From Moniliella sp. 'wahieum' (taxonomy: Eukaryota), in assembly GCA_003971905.1 (NCBI GenBank), contig RSEE01000033.1, positions 558,001 through 622,000 on the forward strand: a stretch of 64,000 nt of DNA. Reading direction: 5' to 3'. The position numbers and the translations under genes were made by a program. Numbering within the stretch: the stretch's first letter is position 1; the number at the start of each line of letters is the position of its first letter. The notes under the pieces are model-generated. The model did no database searches, was not told the DNA's origin, and saw nothing but the letters and a program-made list of their open reading frames with translations. Below, piece after piece: positions 63,842 through 64,000 of the stretch.

Positions 63842-64000
63842 CTAAAAAATTAAGAAGGCAGAAAAAAGTCAGCAATGCGAACCAAATGGGAGGAACGTGG
63901 ATCATTGAGCAGGGGTGGTGAGGATGCCTAAGCCACGTCGCATACGTCGGGCCCCCGTACATCCCCATCGGGCTGGGCCCGATGAGGATGGCTCTATCGG

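Overview
Eukaryotic, GC-rich, gene-dense fungal DNA, probably basidiomycete judging by the short GT..CTRAY..AG introns and gene content. Nearly every gene, including essential ones, is broken by 1-bp indels, often in homopolymers. This points to an unpolished long-read assembly rather than true pseudogenes, so CDS spans below are reconstructed across frameshifts and their ends are approximate. Left end: a Pal1-like gene and a transposon island. The island contains a 26-bp minisatellite, a 5'-truncated CRE-clade (RLE-type) non-LTR element whose 3' 239 bp is triplicated, and a complete Ty1/Copia element with near-identical LTRs and a GGGGG target-site duplication. The rest is mostly housekeeping genes: VMA16, APA2, VPS74, RCL1, MRP2, Gemin2, pyruvate kinase, U2SURP-like, HOM6, SUI1, TOM40, SEC26, RPL8. 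An accessory-looking block at about 16-30 kb carries a membrane-anchored heparinase II/III-like lyase, an ETHE1-like persulfide dioxygenase, a DUF1275 membrane protein and a membrane NRPS-like enzyme. Most interesting signals: (1) the NRPS-like gene, with an acid-CoA-ligase-type A domain, a T domain and three membrane/beta-helix repeats (Pls / polymalate-synthetase architecture), a candidate polymer synthetase; (2) a window-wide intergenic pattern of 7-bp-period micro-arrays made of a 4-bp palindrome plus TCA/TGA/TAA; (3) unusual retroelement details (triplicated 3' end, non-iMet primer site, HTDD RT motif). All family assignments come from motif recognition by eye; no database search was run.
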